Part shown: positions 1 to 6,679 of the stretch, piece by piece
Numbering within the stretch: position 1 is the stretch's first letter
Layout: the number at the start of each line of letters is the position of its first letter
Made by a program: the position numbers and the translations under genes
IMG/VR virus record: IMGVR_UViG_2693429728_000003
Location: 1-8,482 of that record
Source: a virus
Lineage: Duplodnaviria > Heunggongvirae > Uroviricota > Caudoviricetes
Strand: one strand, 5' to 3'
Length of the DNA stretch: 8,482 nucleotides
The notes under the pieces: model-generated
The model's database searches: none
The model's input: only the letters and a program-made list of their open reading frames with translations
What the model was told of the DNA's origin: nothing

Positions 1-1
1 G

Positions 2-610
2 CTGGCAGGCAAGATGGCGCTGTATGCCGACGTTGAGCCAACGGAGTCCCTGGTGGAACTGGTGAAAAAAGGCCAGAAATTATTCACCTCTATGGAAGTC
101 AGCCCGAAGTTTGCTGATACGGGCAAAGCCTACCTGGTCGGCCTGGCTGCCACTGATGATCCCGCCAGTCTGGGTACGGAAATGCTGACATTCAGCGCCA
201 GTGCAGCCCATAACCCGCTGGCAAACCGCAAGCAGAATCCTGCCAATCTTTTTACCGCTGCAGAGGAAACGGTGATCGAACTGGAAGAAATCCAGGGGGA
301 CAAGCCGTCCCTGTTTGCCCGTGTCACGGCGCTGTTTACCAAAAAAGAGCAGTCAGACGATGCCCGGTTCTCTGATGTGCATAAGGCCGTGGAGCTGGTC
401 GCCACTGAGCAGCAAAACCTGAGTGCGCGCACCGAAAAATCCCTGTCTGAACAGGAAGAACGCCTGTCTGAGCTGGAGACTGCTCTGCAGGAGCAGCAAA
501 CCGCCTTTAACGAACTGGTGAATAAGCTGAGTCATGAAGACAGCCGCCAGGACTACCGCCAGCGTGCAACAGGCGGTAACGCCCCCGCTGACACTCTGAC
601 CAATTGCTGA
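2..610 (+). CDS. O: Capsid scaffolding protein gpO, C-terminal part (5' end lies outside the window)
   Basis: Open frame runs from the window edge with no upstream stop; TGA at 608-610. The translated C-terminus (acidic, coiled-coil-like EQEERLSELETALQEQQ) resembles the P2 gpO scaffold as I recall it, and the gene sits immediately upstream of the major capsid gene as in P2. Confidence 0.8.
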   Translation: MAGKMALYADVEPTESLVELVKKGQKLFTSMEVSPKFADTGKAYLVGLAATDDPASLGTEMLTFSASAAHNPLANRKQNPANLFTAAEETVIELEEIQGDKPSLFARVTALFTKKEQSDDARFSDVHKAVELVATEQQNLSARTEKSLSEQEERLSELETALQEQQTAFNELVNKLSHEDSRQDYRQRATGGNAPADTLTNC

Positions 611-626
611 TGGAGCACAAAACCTG

Positions 627-1685
627 ATGAAGAAGAATACCCGCTTTGCTTTTAACGCTTACCTGCAGCAGCTGGCGCGTCTGAACGGTGTGGCAGTTGA
701 AGAACTGTCCAGCAAGTTCACCGTGGAGCCGTCTGTACAGCAGACGCTGGAAGACCAGATCCAGCAGTCCGCCGCTTTCCTGACGCTGATTAACGTCACG
801 CCTGTGACTGAGCAATCCGGTCAACTGCTGGGGCTGGGTGTTGGCAGCACCATTGCCGGAACCACTGATACCACCGCGAAAGAGCGTGAGCCTGTCGATC
901 CGACGCTGATGGTCGATGTGGAATATAAATGCGAGCAGACCAACTTTGACACGGTGCTGACCTACGCGAAGCTGGACCTGTGGGCGAAGTTTCAGGATTT
1001 CCAGGTGCGTATCCGTAACGCCATCGTGAAACGTCAGGCACTGGACCGCATCATGATCGGCTTTAACGGCGTGAAGCGTGCGAAAACCTCCAACCGCAGC
1101 GAAAACCCGCTGCTGCAGGATGTGAACAAAGGCTGGCTGCAGAAAATCCGTGAGGATGCACCGGATCACGTCATGGGCAGCTCCACCACGGGCGGTGAAA
1201 CCACACCGGGTGCGGTGAAAGTCGGGAAAGGTGGCGAATATGCCAACCTGGACGCAGTGGTGATGGATGCCGTCAATGAGCTTATCGACGTGGTCTACCA
1301 GGACGATGACGATCTGGTGGTGATTTGCGGGCGTGAACTGCTGTCTGACAAGTATTTCCCGCTGGTTAACAAAGAGCAGGAAAACAGTGAAAAACTGGCT
1401 GCCGATATGATCATCAGTCAGAAACGCATGGGTGGCTTGCAGGCCGTGCGTGCACCGTTCTTCCCGCCGAATGCACTGCTGATCACCCGTCTGGATAACC
1501 TGTCCATCTACTGGCAGGAAGACACCCGCCGCCGTTCAGTTATCGACAACCCGAAACGTGACCGGATTGAAAACTTTGAATCCGTTAACGAAGCCTATGT
1601 GGTTGAGGACTACCGCTGTGCCGCACTTGTGGAAAACATCCAGATTGGCGACTTCAGCGCCGCCGCAGCAGAAACCGGAGCGTAA
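627..1685 (+). CDS. N: Major capsid protein gpN
   Basis: 352-aa ORF with ATG at 627 and GGAG at 612-615. Strong recalled similarity to P2 gpN along its length (e.g. RFAFNAYLQQ, LDLWAKFQDFQVRIRNAIVKRQ, LAADMIISQKR, YVVEDY). Position between O and M. Confidence 0.93.
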   Translation: MKKNTRFAFNAYLQQLARLNGVAVEELSSKFTVEPSVQQTLEDQIQQSAAFLTLINVTPVTEQSGQLLGLGVGSTIAGTTDTTAKEREPVDPTLMVDVEYKCEQTNFDTVLTYAKLDLWAKFQDFQVRIRNAIVKRQALDRIMIGFNGVKRAKTSNRSENPLLQDVNKGWLQKIREDAPDHVMGSSTTGGETTPGAVKVGKGGEYANLDAVVMDAVNELIDVVYQDDDDLVVICGRELLSDKYFPLVNKEQENSEKLAADMIISQKRMGGLQAVRAPFFPPNALLITRLDNLSIYWQEDTRRRSVIDNPKRDRIENFESVNEAYVVEDYRCAALVENIQIGDFSAAAAETGA

Positions 1686-1688
1686 TCC

Positions 1689-2339
1689 ATGAGCCTGAGT
1701 CCCGCACGGCAGCATCGCCTGCGCGTTCAGGCTGAACAGGCCGCCCGCGAGGGCGGCAGTGTTCGCCACGCGTCGGGCTATGACCTGATGCTGCTGCAAC
1801 TGGCGGAAGACCGCCGCCGTCTCAAGGGTGTTCAGTCCACGGTCAAAAAAGCGGAAATCAAGGTGGAGCTGCTGCCGAAGTACGCCGCCTGGGCAGAGGG
1901 CGTCCTGGCTGCCGGAGGCACTCAACAGGATGACGTGCTGATGTACGTGATGCTGTGGCGCATTGATGCCGGAGATTATGCCGGGGCGCTGGAGATCGGA
2001 TGTCATGCCCTGCGTCATGGCTGGGTGATGCCACTGGGTAACCGCAATGTGCAGACCGTGCTGGCAGAGGAAATGGCAGACGCGGCGCAGAGCGCAATGC
2101 TTGCCGCCACCGGCTTTGATGCCGATCTGTTGCTGCAGACGCTGGAGCTGACAGACGGTCTGGATATGCCGGACCAGTCACGGGCGCGTCTGCATAAAGC
2201 GATTGGCGCTGTCCTGAGTGAAAGCAATCCGGCTTCCGCCCTTAACCATCTCAACCATGCGTTGCAGCTCGATCCCCGCTGTGGCGTGAAAAAAGACAAA
2301 CAGCAGCTGGAGCGCAGACTGCGCAATGACAGCCGCTGA
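1689..2339 (+). CDS. M: Terminase small (endonuclease) subunit gpM
   Basis: 216-aa ORF starting 4 nt after the N stop. Recalled similarity to P2 gpM (LLPKY, QDDVLMYVMLWRIDAGDYAGALEIG, LELTDGLDMPD, GVKKD). Synteny N-M-L. Confidence 0.87.
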   Translation: MSLSPARQHRLRVQAEQAAREGGSVRHASGYDLMLLQLAEDRRRLKGVQSTVKKAEIKVELLPKYAAWAEGVLAAGGTQQDDVLMYVMLWRIDAGDYAGALEIGCHALRHGWVMPLGNRNVQTVLAEEMADAAQSAMLAATGFDADLLLQTLELTDGLDMPDQSRARLHKAIGAVLSESNPASALNHLNHALQLDPRCGVKKDKQQLERRLRNDSR

Positions 2340-2344
2340 CAGAA

Positions 2345-2369
2345 CGTGCCCCCGCGCACGGGCGGCACG
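2345..2369 (+). other. GC-rich stem-loop in the M-L intergenic region
   Basis: cgtgcc(2345-2350)/ggcacg(2364-2369) outer stem and cccg(2351-2354)/cggg(2359-2362) inner stem around a 4-nt loop, with one bulged C. It is not followed by a U-tract, so not a canonical intrinsic terminator. Confidence 0.3.
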
Positions 2370-2434
2370 GGGTGGCGAAAGGCACAGCCTCATCAAAACC
2401 CCGTCCACCGCCCTCTATTTCAGGAGAAAGCAGC

Positions 2435-2899
2435 ATGAAGTTTGTTGCGCCAGAACAGGCACCGGAACAGGCGGAAATCATCAGAAATACACCGTTCTGG
2501 CCTGATGTGGACCTGTCGGAGTTTCGCAGCGTGATGCGCACTGACGGCACGGTGACGCAGCCGCGTTTAAAGCAGGTTGCGCTGTCGGCAATTTCGGAGG
2601 TCAACGCAGAGCTGTATGAGTTTCGCAGACGCCAGCAGATGCTGGGGTATGCCTCGCTGGCAGAGGTTCCGGCGGAACAGCTGGACGGGAAAAGTGAGCG
2701 CATTCAGCACTATTTCAACGCGGTTTACTGCTGGGCACGCGCCATGCTCAACGAACGATACCAGGACTATGACGCCACGGCATCCGGTGTGAAGCGAGGC
2801 GAGGAACTGGCGGAATCCAGCGGTGATTTGTGGCGTGACGCCCGCTGGGCCATCAGCCGGGTGCAGGATGCGCCGCACTGTACAGTGGAGCTTATCTGA
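2435..2899 (+). CDS. L: Head completion/stabilisation protein gpL
   Basis: ATG at 2435 preceded by AGGAG (2422-2426) at 8-nt spacing; the longer GTG-initiated frame from 2372 has no comparable RBS. Product resembles P2 gpL (NTPFWPD, NAELYEF, DLWRDARWAISRVQ). Stop TGA 2897-2899 overlaps the next start (ATGA). Confidence 0.85.
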   Translation: MKFVAPEQAPEQAEIIRNTPFWPDVDLSEFRSVMRTDGTVTQPRLKQVALSAISEVNAELYEFRRRQQMLGYASLAEVPAEQLDGKSERIQHYFNAVYCWARAMLNERYQDYDATASGVKRGEELAESSGDLWRDARWAISRVQDAPHCTVELI

Positions 2900-3102
2900 T
2901 GAAAGTGCGTGCGCATCAGTATGACACGGTGGACGCGCTTTGCTGGCGTCATTACGGGCGCACGCAGGGTGTCACGGAGCAGGTACTGAAGGCAAATCCG
3001 GGGCTTGCCGAATATGGCCCCTTTTTACCTCACGGGCTGCAGGTGGAGCTGCCGGACATTCCGACCACCACCACCGTGCAGACCGTCCAGCTATGGGACT
3101 GA
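2899..3102 (+). CDS. X: Tail protein gpX (small LysM-like tail component)
   Basis: 67-aa ORF coupled to L by an ATGA overlap. Recalled similarity to P2 gpX (DTVDALCWRHYGRT, ANPGLAE, LPHGLQVELPD). Confidence 0.85.
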   Translation: MKVRAHQYDTVDALCWRHYGRTQGVTEQVLKANPGLAEYGPFLPHGLQVELPDIPTTTTVQTVQLWD

Positions 3103-3105
3103 ATT

Positions 3106-3321
3106 ATGACGCTTGAGCGAATCAGCGCCTTTATCACGTATTGCATCGCCGTCGTGCTGGCCTGGCTGGGCGATTTGTCCATCAAGGATGCCTCAACGCT
3201 GGGCGGCCTGATGATTGGTGTGCTGATGCTGGCTATCAACTGGTACTACAAACACAAAGCCTACCAGCTTCTGCGCGACGGGCAGATCTCGCGGGAGGAC
3301 TATGAATCCATCAATCGTTAA
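3106..3321 (+). CDS. Holin, class II topology (two predicted TMDs), possible pinholin
   Basis: 71-aa product with two hydrophobic segments (ISAFITYCIAVVLAWLG and LGGLMIGVLMLAINWYY, the second containing a GxxxG motif) and a charged C-terminal tail. It lies immediately upstream of, and overlaps by 20 nt, the endolysin gene, at the position of P2 Y. Confidence 0.72.
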   Translation: MTLERISAFITYCIAVVLAWLGDLSIKDASTLGGLMIGVLMLAINWYYKHKAYQLLRDGQISREDYESINR

Positions 3322-3814
3322 ACGCTGCCTTGTCGGGGCCGTGCTGGCTATTGCTGCCACGCTGCCGGGTTTTCAGCAGCTTCACACCTCCGTGGAAGGG
3401 CTGAAACTGATTGCCGATTACGAAGGTTGTCGTCTGCAGCCGTATCAGTGCAGCGCGGGTGTCTGGACCGACGGCATTGGTAATACGTCGGGCGTCATTC
3501 CCGGCAAAACCATTACGGAGCGACAGGCAGCAGAAGGGCTGATCTCCAACGTGCTGCGTGTGGAGCGGGCGCTGGAAAGGTGTGTGAAGCAACAGCCGCC
3601 GCAGAAGGTGTATGACGCGGCGGTGTCGTTTGCCTTCAACGTGGGTACGGGCAATGCCTGCAGTTCCACGCTGGTGAAATTGCTCAATCAGCGGCGCTGG
3701 GCGGATGCGTGCCGACAGTTGCCGCGCTGGGTTTATGTAAAAGGTGTGTTTAATCAGGGGCTGGATAACCGCCGTGCGCGGGAGATGGCCTGGTGTTTAC
3801 AGGGAGCAAACTGA
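3302..3814 (+). CDS. SAR endolysin (T4/P1 lysozyme family, glycoside hydrolase 24-like)
   Basis: 170-aa product. N-terminal weakly hydrophobic Gly/Ala-rich segment (CLVGAVLAIAATLPGF) typical of a signal-anchor-release domain. Catalytic signature E41-x8-C50-x5-T56 (YEGCRLQPYQCSAGVWTDG) plus Cys9 and Cys43, matching the P1 Lyz arrangement. GGAGG at 3294-3298 before ATG 3302. Confidence 0.85.
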   Translation: MNPSIVKRCLVGAVLAIAATLPGFQQLHTSVEGLKLIADYEGCRLQPYQCSAGVWTDGIGNTSGVIPGKTITERQAAEGLISNVLRVERALERCVKQQPPQKVYDAAVSFAFNVGTGNACSSTLVKLLNQRRWADACRQLPRWVYVKGVFNQGLDNRRAREMAWCLQGAN

Positions 3815-3815
3815 A

Positions 3816-4193
3816 ATGAAAAAGAAATTAATCAGCGGACTGTTTCTGATGTTATGGATGGCGCTGTTAATCGCAGCAATTGTGTATCCGCAGGGGATTT
3901 TTCCGGTACTGGAAGCGTCCGGCGTTTGGGTAGCCTGTTTGCTGACATGGGCGGTAATTCCGGTAGCACTGGCTGCGTTAATTAAGAATGGCCCGCTCTG
4001 GCAGGAGTTAAGGGCATCTTTGCTGAAGACAATTACCCGAAAAGAAAACGTATTTACCAGTTGGGTGATGCGATTGCTGATTGTTGTAAGTCTCGCCTGG
4101 ACGGGGTGGGCTATTACCCTGGTCTTTTATCTACTGACCGTTATTGCCTTCTGGATCACCCGTAATCAGATGGCGCAACAGGTAGCCGCATGA
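3816..4193 (+). CDS. lysA: LysA-like polytopic membrane protein (lysis timing/regulation)
   Basis: ATG at 3816 with GGGAG about 9 nt upstream; 125 aa with about 4 predicted TM helices. Located between the endolysin and spanin genes as P2 lysA. The track ORF from 3744 overlaps the endolysin and lacks an RBS. Confidence 0.62.
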   Translation: MKKKLISGLFLMLWMALLIAAIVYPQGIFPVLEASGVWVACLLTWAVIPVALAALIKNGPLWQELRASLLKTITRKENVFTSWVMRLLIVVSLAWTGWAITLVFYLLTVIAFWITRNQMAQQVAA

Positions 4194-4618
4194 ACCGGTT
4201 GCTGCTGGTTGTGCTGGCGTTATTACTGGCGGCGCTGGGCTGGCAGACGTGGCGGATGGCTGATGCCAGCCAGACCATTAGCACGCAGGCAGACGAGCTG
4301 CAGAGCAAAAGCCAGGCACTGGCAAAGAGCAACAGCCAGCTTATCAGCCTGTCCATTCTGACTGAAACCAATAACCGGGAGCAGGCGCGGCTCTATGCCG
4401 AAGCAGAACAGACCAGCGCGCTGCTGAGACAACGACAACACCGGATCGAGGAACTGAAACGTGAGAACGAGGATTTACGCCGCTGGGCTGATACTCCTTT
4501 GCCTGCTGACATTATCCGGCTGCGGGAACGTCCGACGCTCACCGGAGGTGCAGCTTACCGTCAGTGGTTGTCCGCGAGTGACGCCGTGTCGGCTGGATCA
4601 GGCAGCGCCGCGCACTAA
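4190..4618 (+). CDS. lysB: LysB-like inner-membrane spanin (Rz equivalent)
   Basis: ATGA overlap with lysA. 142-aa product with one N-terminal TM helix (LLLVVLALLLAALGW) followed by a long charged, helical periplasmic region (ELQSKSQALAKSNSQL, RIEELKRENEDLRRW), the typical i-spanin architecture. Confidence 0.72.
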   Translation: MNRLLLVVLALLLAALGWQTWRMADASQTISTQADELQSKSQALAKSNSQLISLSILTETNNREQARLYAEAEQTSALLRQRQHRIEELKRENEDLRRWADTPLPADIIRLRERPTLTGGAAYRQWLSASDAVSAGSGSAAH

Positions 4619-4751
4619 CGGTGATCTGAACGCGTTGCTGGATGAAACGGAGGCCGCCTGGGCGGTCTGTGCAGACAAAGTGGACATGATTATTGCGTGT
4701 CAGGAGCGAAACAGTGAACAAACCACAATCCCTGCGCCACGCCCTCAATAA
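4461..4751 (+). CDS. lysC: LysC-like outer-membrane lipoprotein spanin (Rz1 equivalent)
   Basis: +1-frame ORF starting inside lysB. GTG at 4461 preceded by GAGGA (4448-4452) at 8-nt spacing. Signal peptide with lipobox LSGC (Cys21) and a proline-rich C-terminus (TIPAPRPQ). It overlaps the 3' part of lysB and extends past it (overlapped rather than fully embedded). Confidence 0.7.
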   Translation: MRTRIYAAGLILLCLLTLSGCGNVRRSPEVQLTVSGCPRVTPCRLDQAAPRTNGDLNALLDETEAAWAVCADKVDMIIACQERNSEQTTIPAPRPQ

Positions 4752-5145
4752 AGCGGTGCCTTATGTCCGCAATAACCCGGACAAACTGCATCTGTTTGTG
4801 GATAACGGTTCGCTGGTTGCCACGGGGGCCAGCTCCATGTCGTGGGAGTACCGTTACACCCTGAACGCGGTGATTGAGGATTTCAGCGGCGACCAGAATC
4901 TGCTGATGGCCCCGGTTTTGCTGTGGCTGCGGGATAACCAGCCCGATGCCATCAATAACCCGGCGTTACGGGAAAAGTTATTCACCTTTGAGGTGGATAT
5001 TCTGCGCAATGATGTCTGTGATATCAGCCTGAACCTGCAACTGACGGAGCGTGTGCTGGTCAGCACTGACGGCAGTGTGTCGAGCGTTGAAGCGATAACG
5101 GAACCCGATGAACCTGAAGAAATGTGGACGGTGAAACGTGGCTGA
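4714..5145 (+). CDS. R: Tail completion protein gpR
   Basis: Recalled similarity to P2 gpR (LHLFVDNGS, RYTLNAVIEDFSGD, PVLLWLRDNQPD, SLNLQLTERVLVS). Preferred start is GTG 4714, preceded by AGGAG (4702-4706) at 7-nt spacing; the track start at 4693 is a TTG without an RBS. Confidence 0.83.
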   Translation: MNKPQSLRHALNKAVPYVRNNPDKLHLFVDNGSLVATGASSMSWEYRYTLNAVIEDFSGDQNLLMAPVLLWLRDNQPDAINNPALREKLFTFEVDILRNDVCDISLNLQLTERVLVSTDGSVSSVEAITEPDEPEEMWTVKRG

Positions 5146-5581
5146 ATTGCAGAAAGTGGACGACTGGCTGAGTGCCTTACTGGCGAATCTGGAGCCAGCT
5201 GCAAGAAGTCGCATGATGCGCCAACTGGCACAGGAGCTGCGCCGGACACAGCAGCAAAACATCAGGATGCAGCGCAATCCAGATGGCAGCAGCTATGAAC
5301 CTCGACGGGTAACAGCACGCAGTAAAAAGGGGCGCATCAAACGTCAGATGTTTGCAAAGCTGCGCACCACAAAATACCTGAAAACTGCAGCTAGCGCCGA
5401 TTCTGCCAGCGTGCAGTTTGAAGGTAAGGTGCAGCACATTGCCCGTGTTCACCATTACGGCCTGCGTGATCGCGTCAGTCGAAAAGGTATTTATACCATC
5501 TATGCGAAAAGGCAGTTATTAGGTTTTAATGTCCAATCTATTGAGTTAATTGAAAGAATGTTCATTAAAAACCTAACTTGA
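5138..5581 (+). CDS. S: Tail completion protein gpS
   Basis: 147-aa ORF overlapping the R stop by 8 nt, GTG start with GGTG 4 nt upstream. Recalled similarity to P2 gpS (DDWLSALLANLEPAAR, QNIRMQRNPDGSSYEPR, IARVHHYGLRDRVSR). The last ~25 codons lie in AT-rich DNA (see findings). Confidence 0.83.
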   Translation: MAELQKVDDWLSALLANLEPAARSRMMRQLAQELRRTQQQNIRMQRNPDGSSYEPRRVTARSKKGRIKRQMFAKLRTTKYLKTAASADSASVQFEGKVQHIARVHHYGLRDRVSRKGIYTIYAKRQLLGFNVQSIELIERMFIKNLT

Positions 5582-5584
5582 TTT

Positions 5585-6604
5585 TTATTTGTTTTCAATT
5601 GAGTTAGATATAGATAGGAATGTGTCCCCTATTTCTATAGATAGTTGTTTAATTAAATTCATGAAAATTAAATTCTCTTCGTTGCAGTCATTTTTCAGTA
5701 GACAGCACGTTGATTGAGTAAGACTAAGGGCTGTAGCATGTGCAGGGTCAACTAATCCGAAATTACTTGGACCTATGTTGATGACGTTCTTCAGGTGATG
5801 GGGTAGTGACAAGCTATTAGTGATTGTTTTTATATTTACATGGATGTTTTGGCATGCCCATTTAAAATATGGGCGCATGTGATCTAATTTAACTTCTTTT
5901 TCAATTGATTTAAAGCTAGCTTTGTGTTTCTTATCAGTTAAAAATGGTGTGGCCCAACCATATTGCGAATCAAAACTTCTGCCATATGTTTTAATGGCTT
6001 TATCGAACAAGTCTGTTAATTCTCTGGCCTCTTCATTACTGGGCCCTTTCTCTTGAAGCCTGCTTTCATACTTTTTATGAGACATCATTAGATAATAGCT
6101 ATCATAAATTTCATGTGCTAAAAATATTTCTGAGCATTTAGGACCATGCTTGTCGATGAAATGTAGTGTTACATTTGTTTCATGCAGTGCTCTCCATCTT
6201 GCATGGGCTGCGTCAGGAAATCCATTTTTTAATAGACATAAAATCTCGTTAGAAATTGCACATGCCTTTGCGTGTAATCTAATTAGTAATTGCAAATGGT
6301 TGTTTGTGTCGGTGTCTTTATCTTGTTGTAAGCTTGTACTATATTTAGAACCTTGATTAATACATAACTCTAACAACAACTCTAATAATCCAAAACCATC
6401 TCTCCAAATATTAATATGTCTTTTTATGAAATTTTGATGTTCTTGTTCATTTTGGGCCAGTAATTCTGCTTTTTTTTCTTTAAATTCCAATATGTATTCA
6501 TTTGCTTTGAAGTCTATGAACTCCCAGTATAGCTTTTCAAAATTTTCTCTGGTTGCATCGGGAAGACTGTTTTTATTTGAGCTTAACCATTCTTTAAAAT
6601 CCAT
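5585..6604 (-). CDS. Hypothetical protein encoded in the AT-rich S-V island; candidate moron (possible defense or superinfection-exclusion function)
   Basis: Single uninterrupted 339-aa reverse-strand ORF that fills the AT-rich island. Start ATG (reverse complement of 6602-6604) preceded by AGGGGG about 6 nt upstream on the minus strand. No TM segments or Walker motif; predicted largely helical. Contains an R-x4-H motif (RWRALH, aa 136-141). I recognise no family from sequence alone. Confidence 0.78.
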   Translation of the reverse strand: MDFKEWLSSNKNSLPDATRENFEKLYWEFIDFKANEYILEFKEKKAELLAQNEQEHQNFIKRHINIWRDGFGLLELLLELCINQGSKYSTSLQQDKDTDTNNHLQLLIRLHAKACAISNEILCLLKNGFPDAAHARWRALHETNVTLHFIDKHGPKCSEIFLAHEIYDSYYLMMSHKKYESRLQEKGPSNEEARELTDLFDKAIKTYGRSFDSQYGWATPFLTDKKHKASFKSIEKEVKLDHMRPYFKWACQNIHVNIKTITNSLSLPHHLKNVINIGPSNFGLVDPAHATALSLTQSTCCLLKNDCNEENLIFMNLIKQLSIEIGDTFLSISNSIENK

Positions 6605-6618
6605 TGTGTTCCCCTATT

Positions 6619-6636
6619 TGTACCATGTTTTATACA
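6619..6636 (+). promoter_or_regulatory. TGT-N12-ACA dyad, candidate Ogr/Delta-type activator site of the V late promoter
   Basis: Exact TGT(6619-6621)-N12-ACA(6634-6636) in the 78-bp gap upstream of V, where P2 places late promoter PV. P2-family late promoters carry such a dyad centred near -55. Geometry is imperfect: centre 6627.5 would put the TSS at or just inside the annotated V start. Confidence 0.3.
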
Positions 6637-6650
6637 ACGAACTGTAAGCG

Positions 6651-6679
6651 ATTATATGGTTTTTTTCATTCATATTTAA
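6651..6679 (-). promoter_or_regulatory. Candidate sigma70-type promoter for the island ORF
   Basis: On the minus strand, a perfect TATAAT (reverse complement of 6651-6656) with TTAAAT 17 nt upstream (reverse complement of 6674-6679). Predicted TSS near 6644, giving a ~40-nt leader to the ATG at 6604. Confidence 0.35.

Noticed and set aside
2372-2434. Upstream GTG-initiated extension of gpL reported in the ORF track
   Set aside because: No RBS, whereas ATG 2435 has AGGAG at ideal spacing, and the extension (MAKGTASSKPRPPPS...) is low-complexity.
130-2703. Numerous minus-strand ORFs of 60-220 aa overlapping O, N, M and L (e.g. 507..1169, 1536..2018, 2015..2368, 2251..2703)
   Set aside because: They lie antisense to well-supported P2-like structural genes in GC-rich DNA, where long spurious open frames are expected. 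Their products are Arg/Ser/Pro-rich, low-complexity and lack RBSs.
3744-3815. Upstream extension of lysA overlapping the endolysin 3' end
   Set aside because: ATG 3816 sits 1 nt after the endolysin stop with an SD-like GGGAG upstream. The extension would overlap the endolysin coding region and adds a non-hydrophobic leader.
5519-5597. Possible intrinsic terminator at the end of S (inverted repeat ttaggtttt/aaaacctaa followed by a T-rich run at 5582-5597)
   Set aside because: The 9-bp stem encloses a ~40-nt loop and is AT-rich, so the predicted structure is weak. A terminator after S is expected biologically, but this sequence is not a convincing one.
6150-6356. 68-aa + strand ORF inside the island
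   Set aside because: It is entirely antisense to the 339-aa ORF, has no RBS, and gives a Cys/Ser-rich low-complexity product, so it is most likely a frame artefact of AT-rich DNA.
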